This document shows, one piece after another, positions 8,516-16,595 of a stretch of DNA of 64,000 nucleotides. The stretch's first letter is position 1. Each line of letters begins with the position of its first letter. Location of the stretch: positions 13,841 to 77,840 of the forward strand of contig JAJZBX010000006.1 of assembly GCA_021846325.1 (NCBI GenBank), read 5' to 3'. Below the pieces are notes generated by a model. That model saw nothing but the letters and a program-made list of their open reading frames with translations. It had not been told where the DNA came from and did no database searches. The position numbers were made by a program, and so were the translations under genes. Source of the DNA: Actinomycetes bacterium (GTDB lineage: Bacteria; Actinomycetota; Acidimicrobiia; Acidimicrobiales; RAAP-2).

Positions 8516-8523
8516 GAATGTAC
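8516..8523 (+). repeat. Target-site duplication, left copy GAATGTAC
   Basis: Identical 8-mer at 10014-10021 in direct orientation, abutting both TIRs. Can also be parsed as 6-bp AATGTA with TIRs one base longer. Confidence 0.85.
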
Positions 8524-8590
8524 CCCCTTCGGCAAACTGTGTTGGTAGAGGAGTACGGCAAATAGTCTGACTCTCGACCCGAGTCCTGAA
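8524..8590 (+). repeat. Left terminal inverted repeat
   Basis: First 40 nt match the reverse complement of 9974-10013 at 37/40; gapped extension to 8590 matches 19/27. Confidence 0.88.
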
Positions 8591-8760
8591 CCGAAGTATC
8601 TCCTAGACACCGACCAGAATCGGGGTTTCGGTTGACGCTTCAACGGGGTGTGCCGGTTCGTCGATGTTCTGACGACTCGGTCTTACCTCCCCTCCACGTC
8701 CAGCCACGGAGTGTGTCCCCGCGGCGGCAGATTGACTGGTCCACCGAGCCAGGTTGATCG
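8570..8760 (-). ncRNA. Putative omega-RNA (reRNA) of TnpB, boundaries approximate
   Basis: TnpB guide RNAs are known to overlap the 3' end of tnpB and run past it; the low-complexity C-terminal tail after RDLNAAINL fits such an overlap. Not folded computationally. Confidence 0.45.
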
Positions 8761-9946
8761 CGGCGTTGAGGTCGCGACCTATCACGAGGTTGCACCCCTC
8801 GCAGGTGTACTCCCGCTCGCCGAGGGACAGTTTGGCTTTCACTGTCCCACAGGCACTGCAGGTCTTGGACGACGGGTAGAACCGATCGGCCACCACCAGC
8901 TCGGACCCGTACCACGTGGTCTTGTACTCGAGCTGACGTCGGAACTCACCCCAACTGGCGTCAGAGATGTGCTTGGCGAGGGCGTGGTTCTTCACCATGC
9001 CCTTCACGTTCAGGTCCTCGATCACGATCCGGTCGTAGTGTTTGGCGAGATACGTCGTCGTCTCGTGGATCAAGTTGCGTCGTGAATCAGCAATCTGGTG
9101 GTGGATCTGCTGGACCCGGGCGTTGGCCCGCAGCCACCGGTTCGACGGGGCGACTCCGTTCTTCGGACCCCGGCGCCGTGACGCCACGCGCTGGGCCCGG
9201 GCGAGCTTGGCTTCGGACCGCTGGTAGTGGCGGGGGTTGGCGACCGAGAGGGCGAGTCCACCGCTCGGGGTCGCCCCGGTGTAGAGAATGGATATCCCGA
9301 CGTCAATGCCGATCACCCGTTCGGGGGGACGGGTCACGGGAACCTGGCGCTTCACCTCGACGCTGAAGGAGACCCACCACCGACCCGAGGTCTGCGAGAG
9401 CGTCGCCGCCATGATCCGCCCGGTGCCACGCTCTAGGTGGCGGTGTAACTTGCGCATCGACTCGTAGGTCTTGATCTCCCCGACGCGAGCCATGCGCACG
9501 TGGTGGGCGTCACTGAGACGTACGGCAGTGTTCGTGAACCGTACCGAGCCACTGCGACCCCGACGCTTGAAGGTGGGGAACTTCGCCGCGCCCTTCTTCC
9601 AGTTGGTGAAGGCCCGCGAGAGGCGCTGGGCGGCGTCATTGTAGGTGGACGACCCGTTCGCAGCCCACCACGGGGCCAACTCGTCGCGGTTCGCGGCCCA
9701 GAGATAGAGCAAGTCGAAGTGACTGGTGCCGAGGTAGTCCTCTTTGATGACATTTTCACCGGCTTCCTTGCGGGCCCGGTTCTCATCCCAATTGGCCTTC
9801 ACGAGACCGAGCAGGGCGTTGTAGGCGAACCGGGATCCCCCGATGTGGCTGCGCAGGAGGTTGGCCTGCTCTGGTGAGGGGTCGATCGCGAAGCGGTAGG
9901 CCTGGGTGACTGTGGTCAGGGCTGGTGGGGAATCGACAATAGCCAC
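8603..9946 (-). CDS. tnpB: TnpB RNA-guided endonuclease (IS200/IS605-IS607 TnpB family), catalytic residues intact
   Basis: N-terminal QAYRFAIDPSPEQ...HIGGSRFAYN; RuvC-I GIDVG, RuvC-II IEDL, Zn finger CSACG...CEGC, RuvC-III RDLNAAINL. Confidence 0.95.
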   Translation of the reverse strand: MAIVDSPPALTTVTQAYRFAIDPSPEQANLLRSHIGGSRFAYNALLGLVKANWDENRARKEAGENVIKEDYLGTSHFDLLYLWAANRDELAPWWAANGSSTYNDAAQRLSRAFTNWKKGAAKFPTFKRRGRSGSVRFTNTAVRLSDAHHVRMARVGEIKTYESMRKLHRHLERGTGRIMAATLSQTSGRWWVSFSVEVKRQVPVTRPPERVIGIDVGISILYTGATPSGGLALSVANPRHYQRSEAKLARAQRVASRRRGPKNGVAPSNRWLRANARVQQIHHQIADSRRNLIHETTTYLAKHYDRIVIEDLNVKGMVKNHALAKHISDASWGEFRRQLEYKTTWYGSELVVADRFYPSSKTCSACGTVKAKLSLGEREYTCEGCNLVIGRDLNAAINLARWTSQSAAAGTHSVAGRGGEVRPSRQNIDEPAHPVEASTETPILVGV

Positions 9947-9949
9947 GCA

Positions 9950-10013
9950 TGCAGTATCGGCTCGGAGTGTGACATTGGCCTTACTCCTCTACCCACACAG
10001 TTTGCCGAAGGGG
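9950..10013 (-). repeat. Right terminal inverted repeat
   Basis: Reverse complement ccccttcggcaaactgtgtgggtagaggagtaaggccaatgtcacactccgagccgatactgca aligns to 8524-8590. Confidence 0.88.
9953..9958 (-). promoter_or_regulatory. Candidate -10 (GATACT) for leaderless tnpB transcript, inside the right TIR
   Basis: Exactly 6 nt upstream of the GTG at 9946, the same spacing as other leaderless genes in this window. Confidence 0.45.
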
Positions 10014-10021
10014 GAATGTAC
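10014..10021 (+). repeat. Target-site duplication, right copy GAATGTAC
   Basis: Identical to 8516-8523. Confidence 0.85.
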
Positions 10022-10048
10022 AAATAGCGCCTTTAGTAACTTGGTGAA

Positions 10049-11095
10049 ATGTCGGCAGCCCCATCATCTTTTGCGGAGAAGCTCGTGCGAGCACCCGCCG
10101 GTGTCGCACTCTTGGCCCGCTTGGAGGTCACGCAACGCGATGACATTCCTTGGTTCGGGTGGCCAAAAGACTCGAATCTGAACGCGGTTCATCGTGCGGC
10201 GTCATCCCTTTGGGATATGCCGTATGGAGAATTGCTCGAACTGGCTGTCTACTCCGCCGAATTTCTGGCTGGACCATGGAGCGGCGACGCACTCCTGTCG
10301 CTTCCTTACTTGTATGAGCAGGCCGTGCATCGTCGCCCGATAGCCGAGGCCGTATCCGAAAGGTTCCACACAGAGCTCCACCGTGACGCGGACTTTGGCG
10401 CACAACAGTGGTGGTACGAAGAACCACACGATTCAACTTATGTTGCGACCCCCTGCTTCACCAACTACTCGAACGTATACGGCAACGGCGAGTTCACGGT
10501 GAGTGGGCTTTGGACCGCGACTGACCCGCCACCAGAAGTTCACGACGCCCTCATTTCAGCGTGGGACTTTTTCGGACGACCCGTCTCGCGCTGGCTACTT
10601 CCCGTTCGACCGAGCGCGCGCGTATGGAACATCAACGGGCCCGAAGACTGGGCCCATTTGGTCGAGACCTATCCGAAAGTGGCGACTCGACCGCATGCTG
10701 GTTGGGAGCTGCCTGGCCCCAACCAGCATCCATCCGATACCAAGATGTTGAGGTCTATCGCTGCTCAGCACGCTGTGAGAACCGAGATCACTGTTCACGT
10801 GCTGCCCGACTGGGAGGGCGTCGCGGCCGACTTCGACGGGGTTCATCTCAGTTGGGCAGGGTTTCTCACTGCCGAGGGTTATATCAGCGACCTGTCGGAC
10901 GGAGGCGTCACGATGATGCGGTACTGGGGCAGCGAACGTACCCTTTGGCTCCACGACGTTTTCGACGAACCAATCCCCCTCGGAGCCCCTGCGCTTACGG
11001 GGCAAGTCGGTGGCGGAGTTGGAGTTGATGCATCGAGCGACACCGAGCGCCAGGCGTCGGATAGGTCGGTAGTCGAAACACTCTTGGACCGCTAG
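10049..11095 (+). CDS. Conserved hypothetical protein, possible ADP-ribosyltransferase-like fold
   Basis: 348-aa ORF with TAACTT-N6-ATG leaderless start; motifs GLWTAT, ARVWNINGPEDW, DWEGVAADFDGVHLS, WGSERTLWL. Confidence 0.6.
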   Translation: MSAAPSSFAEKLVRAPAGVALLARLEVTQRDDIPWFGWPKDSNLNAVHRAASSLWDMPYGELLELAVYSAEFLAGPWSGDALLSLPYLYEQAVHRRPIAEAVSERFHTELHRDADFGAQQWWYEEPHDSTYVATPCFTNYSNVYGNGEFTVSGLWTATDPPPEVHDALISAWDFFGRPVSRWLLPVRPSARVWNINGPEDWAHLVETYPKVATRPHAGWELPGPNQHPSDTKMLRSIAAQHAVRTEITVHVLPDWEGVAADFDGVHLSWAGFLTAEGYISDLSDGGVTMMRYWGSERTLWLHDVFDEPIPLGAPALTGQVGGGVGVDASSDTERQASDRSVVETLLDR

Positions 11096-11233
11096 GGCAT
11101 TGGACGCCACGCAAAGAATATGAGTGTCTGCACGCAACCCAACCAGGCCGCATTGCCATAAAGCCCAGTCCACTTTTCGAGAACTAGCCCATGAAGTGTC
11201 GGCGGCGCAATGCCCGACAGGCAATGACCAGGG

Positions 11234-12481
11234 CTACGTGCGACAGTGCAATGTCGCAAGCGGGACGACGACGGCTGCTCTCTTCGTCCCGCCGCCCGTC
11301 GCAATCGGTGACACGAAAGTAATCACCAACGCCGACTTGCCCGACTGCATTGTGACAACGGGGTCGCTTCGAGTTGCCACCGGCAGGAGGGCGTTAGTGG
11401 CGCACCACGTATTCGATTGCGGCTTCAGCATCGCCAGATGCTCGGCCGTCTGGAACTGCGAGCCGGTGACCGCCACGAGGGCACCGGTTGAAGTGATGGT
11501 CATCACCGGCCCGTACGGGGGGACGCTGTTCCCGGCGGGCGCGCCGCCGACTTTCGGAAGCGACACCGCGGTCCAGTGGATTCCGTCGCGGGTGTAGAGG
11601 AGGGCGCTCTGCCGACTGCGATCGATCAGGAATTCGCTACCCGAAGACGTGGTGACCAGTTGCTCACCAACACACGGGTTCACTGTGTCGACCGTGCCTG
11701 CCGCACGCCACATTCCTCCCCGATACTCATTGGCGGTGTCCACGAGCACGGACTGCTGCCACTGTGACATCCCGCACGCTCCCTGGGGCGACTCGGGGCC
11801 AAAGGTCACGCACGGCGCTCCCGACGGACAAGCCAGGTTTACGTCGGTCCACGTACGACCACCGGATGACGACGTGGCAGCCACGAACGCGGCGGACTGG
11901 CCCGGCTTGAGCGGGAAGAAGTAGTTGGATTCATAGAGCATCTCGACACCAGTGGGACGTTCGACGAATCCGGCGAAGTCAGTCAGCGTGTAGCCCTTCG
12001 GCGGCGGCACAAAGCGCCAACTCTTTCCCAAGTTCGTCGTCACCAGTGCCACGCCGTAGGACGGGGGAATGACCCCACCCTTGCTCGCCTGGAACGCGAC
12101 GTAGACGGTCAACGGATGCCTCGGATCCAGGGCGACGTCCCCGCACACCGCGACCGCGGCGGGACTCCCAGCGAAATGACCCAGGGCTAGGTGCGCTCGT
12201 GCGAGCATTCTGGTCACCGCGCCGTCTGAAACGCGAGTCAAGCGGTCCCCAACTGCGGTGATCGCTACGCCCGTCGGGATGCACCAGCCCATGGTCGTGT
12301 TTCCGGGCTGGGCGGCGATTGGACTGCCCCATCCGGAGGGCTGGGTCAATACGGGTCGGACAACCCCCAGTGATGCCCACGAAACTGAACGGCTACTCGT
12401 TGCATCGATAGACGTTGTCGCGCCAGTGACGCTGACCGCGACCATGGCGAGAGCGGCATCGAGTCGTCTGAATAGGGCCAC
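11234..12481 (-). CDS. Secreted Asp-box/BNR-repeat beta-propeller protein
   Basis: Signal-peptide-like N-terminus; TTNLGKSW, SSSGGRTW, YTRDGIHW repeats. Confidence 0.65.
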   Translation of the reverse strand: MALFRRLDAALAMVAVSVTGATTSIDATSSRSVSWASLGVVRPVLTQPSGWGSPIAAQPGNTTMGWCIPTGVAITAVGDRLTRVSDGAVTRMLARAHLALGHFAGSPAAVAVCGDVALDPRHPLTVYVAFQASKGGVIPPSYGVALVTTNLGKSWRFVPPPKGYTLTDFAGFVERPTGVEMLYESNYFFPLKPGQSAAFVAATSSSGGRTWTDVNLACPSGAPCVTFGPESPQGACGMSQWQQSVLVDTANEYRGGMWRAAGTVDTVNPCVGEQLVTTSSGSEFLIDRSRQSALLYTRDGIHWTAVSLPKVGGAPAGNSVPPYGPVMTITSTGALVAVTGSQFQTAEHLAMLKPQSNTWCATNALLPVATRSDPVVTMQSGKSALVITFVSPIATGGGTKRAAVVVPLATLHCRT

Positions 12482-12675
12482 GCCTCACTGTGACGCAACG
12501 ATGACCCCAATCGTCGTAGGGCACCGCGTCAACCGCTGAAAGTTTCCTTCATCGCGCCAGCGCCGGCGACCGGGCGCCACGCAACCTCGCTGGCTGCTTG
12601 ATGACCAGACGCGATGGACGAGCGTCGACCGTAGTGTGACCCGTAGAAAGAAGGTTCCCGGTTCTCGCCATCGTC

Positions 12676-13434
12676 ATGGCGGTGGTAGTCGCGATGGCGA
12701 CGGGGTCGGCGGTTTTCGCGTATCGGGAAGCTTCGCTCACATCGACGCGCTCACAGACCGCGACGTCGGTGGCCACGTTCACCAACGAAATGCAGCACGC
12801 CAACGACGCCCGCTTCGTTGCGACCTACCGCCTTCGTAGTTATCTCTTCTTCGCGAGCGGGACGATCGTCATTGCCCAGATTCCTAGTCCGCCGGGAACG
12901 CGGGTTACGACGAACGCGGATGGATACTCAGGCTCGGGTCGTTACGCCTACCTCCTTCGGGGACCCACCGGGCGAATCATCCAATGGATCAAGATCGGCA
13001 CCAACGTGAGCGCGTGCGTCAACGTTCTCGTGGCCGGCAATTTCGAGAACGGCACCTTCGGGAAGCTGCGGTGTTCGAGACCAAGTCCCTACCTGCCGTC
13101 GAATGGTTTCGCTGAAACGGACGCGGGATTGGTGCCAACCTACGTGCGCCAGCAAGTTACCGCGATGGCCGCAGTCCCCTCGCGCGAGCGAGCAGCCATC
13201 ACCTCGAAATCCTCGCGAGCATTCGGTCCCTTGCGATGCTTGGCCCAGTTCTCGAGTCCGACCCGCCAGACGACCTGCATCGACCGAGCGGGCTTGGTCG
13301 TCTCGTGGCTCCTGCGGACTGGCTCGCGCTACTCGTCGAGTGCGACGTTGGCGTCCATCAACCGTCATCCAGCGCCGGTCGACTTTGCGACCCTGCTCCG
13401 CCCGACCGCAGCGTTGATCCTTCCCGCTACGTGA
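12676..13434 (+). CDS. Membrane-anchored or secreted hypothetical protein
   Basis: Hydrophobic N-terminal helix and paired Cys; an in-frame upstream ATG at 12601 is cut off by TGA at 12637-12639. Confidence 0.55.
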   Translation: MAVVVAMATGSAVFAYREASLTSTRSQTATSVATFTNEMQHANDARFVATYRLRSYLFFASGTIVIAQIPSPPGTRVTTNADGYSGSGRYAYLLRGPTGRIIQWIKIGTNVSACVNVLVAGNFENGTFGKLRCSRPSPYLPSNGFAETDAGLVPTYVRQQVTAMAAVPSRERAAITSKSSRAFGPLRCLAQFSSPTRQTTCIDRAGLVVSWLLRTGSRYSSSATLASINRHPAPVDFATLLRPTAALILPAT

Positions 13435-13666
13435 TCGCGTGGTTGGTCGCAGATGACGCAGCGACTGCGAGCACGGGTCGCGACCGCGATGCCATGAAGT
13501 GATGTGCTTTCGTTGATCGTCGCGCTGGGTGGATGACGCCGTACGCGCACCTCGCTAGTCGAACGACTCGGCTCGAACCTGCCGGGTGGTGACGGATTCG
13601 TTGCAGCGGATCGACGTGAAGTCGCCCCTTGGTTGCCGCGCCAGTCCGTCGAGGCCCGCGACGTCA

Positions 13667-14254
13667 TCACACCAAGGGCGTTGTTCGTCCCTCCACGGGG
13701 GTCACTTGTGCGTGGAGGGTTGCTCCACAGATCTCGATCGGTCTGATGAGGAATTCGTAGGAGAACAAGCTTGACGACCGCGCGGGCAGGCGAAAATCGA
13801 GAACGGTGGCCAGGCAGTTGGTGGGTTCACCAGGCGGCGGCACGTTGATGCCTTCGTAACTGAGTCCAAAGGAAGCAACGGCGCCCGGGCGAAGCACCAC
13901 GAACTGCGCGGTGGGCTGGGCGTAGAGTGCCGTGCGCGCGTGCGACATCGCAACACGGGCCGTCGTACCAGTGGCCGTGGAGAAGATGAACTCGTAGGGA
14001 TAGCCGCGCAGTTCGCACGATCGGGCGCTGATGTTGACGAGTAAGAACGTGTAACCAAGGGGGTTCTGGGCCACGCCGAAACCGACTCGTTGTTCGACGG
14101 CGGCCTGCAACTGACCCTGGATGCATTCGCCGACGCGTGACCGGGGTGCCGACGCGCTCGAGGTGATCGCGGTCGACCACGTGGCGGTCGACGAAGCGAC
14201 CACCACGAGCAGCACGAAGGCGAGGGTGCGGCCCAGTAGCCGCCGAAAGGTCAC
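13667..14254 (-). CDS. DUF4232-domain secreted protein
   Basis: Signal or anchor helix, then CIQGQL...LVNISARSCELRGYP...VVLRPGAVASFGLSY. Start chosen at GTG 14254 behind TAGCGT; the 420-aa ORF call is over-extended. Confidence 0.7.
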   Translation of the reverse strand: MTFRRLLGRTLAFVLLVVVASSTATWSTAITSSASAPRSRVGECIQGQLQAAVEQRVGFGVAQNPLGYTFLLVNISARSCELRGYPYEFIFSTATGTTARVAMSHARTALYAQPTAQFVVLRPGAVASFGLSYEGINVPPPGEPTNCLATVLDFRLPARSSSLFSYEFLIRPIEICGATLHAQVTPVEGRTTPLV

Positions 14255-14647
14255 GAGCGTCACGCTATCGCTTGAGGGCGACCATGTCCGCACGCGGACG
14301 GCGTATGGTCTCGGCGCTGTGGCGCTTCGCCAACGTGATCGAGCGGTGCCGTCACGGCGTGACTCCGTATCTCCACCGGTGGTCTTGACGTTTCCCCGGT
14401 CGGGCGAGCGTGTCGTCGGTCGCGGCTCGAGTACCAGTGTGTCGCGGGCCCAGCCGGTCATCGAGCTCGTCGGGCCCGCGACGTCGCGCCGAGACGCCCC
14501 GAGCGACCCGACGCCGGTGCCTGGCTGAGTGGTTGAGACGCGCGGGCATGGGACGACGCCGACGCGACGCCGCCAGCGACCATTGCCAGAAAACCTATTG
14601 ATCGAGGCGCCCCCCTGCGGCGTAGTCCGCAACGTCATAATGGGCCA

Positions 14648-15718
14648 ATGACCAGTGGAGCACGTGGCGCGACGTGGGCATCGAGATCGATCGTGGTCGT
14701 GACGGTGATCGCGCTCGGCGTCGCCGCGGGGTCGAGTGCGAATGGCGCAGGTCGATCGAACGCCGCGGCAACGGTCGAGCCGAAGATGCCGGGCGCCCTC
14801 GCGGTATCGGCGAACGGAACGCTCTACGTCGTCGACGTCGCTCGAGACCAGATCCTTCGTCGACTGACGAGTGGCCAGTTCCAAGTCGTCGCCGGCACGG
14901 GTCGCCGTGGCTTCTCGGGAGATGGTCACCAGGCGACCCGCGCCCGGATCGCCCTCGACGAGAACAGCGGTCTCGCCGTTGGCGCGAACGGAACGCTCTA
15001 CTTCGCCGATAGCGGTAATGGCCGCGTGCGCGCGGTGGCGCCCAATGGCGTCATTACGAGCGTCGCCGGCGGTGGTACGACAGTGCCCGGGGTTCGATCG
15101 GTGCGCGCGTCACGAGTGCGATTCGCCGGCATCGACCAGGTCAACGGTTTGGCCGTGGCGCGCGGACAGCTCTACATCGCCGCGGGCGGGATCTACCGGC
15201 TGGCCAACGGCGTACTGCACTGGGTCGTCGGCTCAACGGCACCGGCGCAGAACGTCGGCTTCACGGGGTACGGGTCGAATCCCGCTCACCAGCGAGACTT
15301 CGTACCCGCGTACAACGTGGCCGTCGATGGTCGAGGCGACCTGCTCGTGGGCGGTGGGAACTCGTACAGCCTCTACGAACGATTGGCGTCGGGTCAGTTG
15401 CGCTTCGTCCAGGGCGATCGCGCGCAGGGCGGCTACTACGCGGCGTTGGCCAGCGCGCCCGGTGGTGCCGTGGTGCTCACCGGCGGCGCGCGCGGACTGG
15501 CTCGCTTCGAACCGTCGGGCCAGATCACCTCGATTTCGGCGACGTCGCTGACCAGGCTGCTCGCCAGCCCGAGCCACTTCACCGTTGGTGACGGCGTCGC
15601 CGTGGCGCCCAACGGCGATATCTATCTCGATGAGGTCGCCAACAACGGGTTCTCCAGTGTCAGCGCGATTGCTCGACTGGACCCGTCGGGTCGAGCGGTG
15701 TTGCTGTGGCAGTCGTGA
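14648..15718 (+). CDS. Secreted NHL-repeat beta-propeller protein
   Basis: Signal peptide; GALAVSANGTLYVVD, GLAVGANGTLYFADSGNGRVRAV, GVAVAPNGDIYL repeats; CATAAT-N6-ATG. Confidence 0.8.
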   Translation: MTSGARGATWASRSIVVVTVIALGVAAGSSANGAGRSNAAATVEPKMPGALAVSANGTLYVVDVARDQILRRLTSGQFQVVAGTGRRGFSGDGHQATRARIALDENSGLAVGANGTLYFADSGNGRVRAVAPNGVITSVAGGGTTVPGVRSVRASRVRFAGIDQVNGLAVARGQLYIAAGGIYRLANGVLHWVVGSTAPAQNVGFTGYGSNPAHQRDFVPAYNVAVDGRGDLLVGGGNSYSLYERLASGQLRFVQGDRAQGGYYAALASAPGGAVVLTGGARGLARFEPSGQITSISATSLTRLLASPSHFTVGDGVAVAPNGDIYLDEVANNGFSSVSAIARLDPSGRAVLLWQS

Positions 15719-16299
15719 GCGCACTCGGCGCCGCGCGACCGCACCGGTCGTCGAGTCTCACCGCCGCGCGCCGCGCCGCGGTGACCGTGTTCGTGGTGGT
15801 GAGCCTCACCGTAACCACGACGGGTCCGCGAGCGGGGGCCGCACTCGTAAGGTCGTGCAGCGGTCGTGACCTCGTCGGGTCGGTCACCGGTCAGTTGGCG
15901 GGATTGGGTAACGGCATTGAAACCATTGCACTGACCAACGTCGGCCCATCGGCGTGCCGACTCGGTGGCTACCCGAAACTTCGTGGCGCGCGAGGTGGAC
16001 GTACCTACGAGCTGCGCGTGAATGGCCACGGCACCCAGTACGGCAACCTCTCCCCGACGCTGTTGACGCCGCGTTCCAGCGGGGCGTTGATCATCAACAC
16101 CACGACGGGCTGTGTCCCGGGTGGTGATCCGCTCGCCGCGCGGCACACGTACGGCGCCACGATCATCGTGCTCGCGGGGAACCGCGGCACCGTCGCGGTC
16201 GCGGGCGAACTCTACGACCCGTGCCAACTCTGGGAGAGTCAACTCGGCTGGTCTCGATCGTTCCACTTCCTGACCACGAATCGGCCCCGAGGTTCGTAG
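15715..16299 (+). CDS. DUF4232-domain secreted protein
   Basis: CSGRDL...IALTNVGPSACRLGGYPKL; GTGA overlap with the upstream stop codon. Confidence 0.7.
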   Translation: MSALGAARPHRSSSLTAARRAAVTVFVVVSLTVTTTGPRAGAALVRSCSGRDLVGSVTGQLAGLGNGIETIALTNVGPSACRLGGYPKLRGARGGRTYELRVNGHGTQYGNLSPTLLTPRSSGALIINTTTGCVPGGDPLAARHTYGATIIVLAGNRGTVAVAGELYDPCQLWESQLGWSRSFHFLTTNRPRGS

Positions 16300-16351
16300 G
16301 CGGCCGCGGCGGTCTCGGCGCGCGGGCTTGGCGTCACAGTAGAGTCACGCC

Positions 16352-16540
16352 GTGGCCGAGAGCGTAAACGAGTCCGTGGCGTCGATCGAGTCGACGCTGA
16401 ACAGCGTCGAACGGGCCCTCGAGCGCCTGCGCGTTGGCGCGTATCGTCAGTGCCAGGTCTGCGGACGGGCGATCGAGGAGGCAGAACTGGTCGCCAATCC
16501 GGTGCTCGCCAACTGCCCGCAGCACCCCGAACTCTCTTGA
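16352..16540 (+). CDS. Minimal TraR/DksA-family Zn-finger protein
   Basis: VERALERLRVGAYRQCQVCGRAIEEAELVANPVLANCPQH (CxxC-x17-CxxH); TAGAGT-N6-GTG. Confidence 0.75.
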   Translation: MAESVNESVASIESTLNSVERALERLRVGAYRQCQVCGRAIEEAELVANPVLANCPQHPELS

Positions 16541-16595
16541 GCCACTCCGCCAGCGGAGACCGCGCGGACCCGAACGTCTTGGTCGCCTAGAAGAT

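Larger units (their letters stand above)
8524..10013 (-). mobile_element. Non-autonomous TIR-bounded element carrying only tnpB (1,490 bp, TSD-flanked)
   Basis: TIRs CCCCTTCGGCAAACTGTGT... at both ends, direct repeat outside both, a single ORF inside, no tnpA or DDE gene. Confidence 0.85.

Noticed and set aside
8033-8643. ORF-track calls 8170-8643 (-) and 8033-8377 (+)
   Set aside because: Off-frame to the transposase remnant, and one runs through the TIR; no recognisable protein.
10002-10030. Hybrid outward promoter TTGCCG-N17-TAGCGC made by the TIR
   Set aside because: The -10 lacks the conserved final T, and the downstream gene already has its own TAACTT-N6-ATG.
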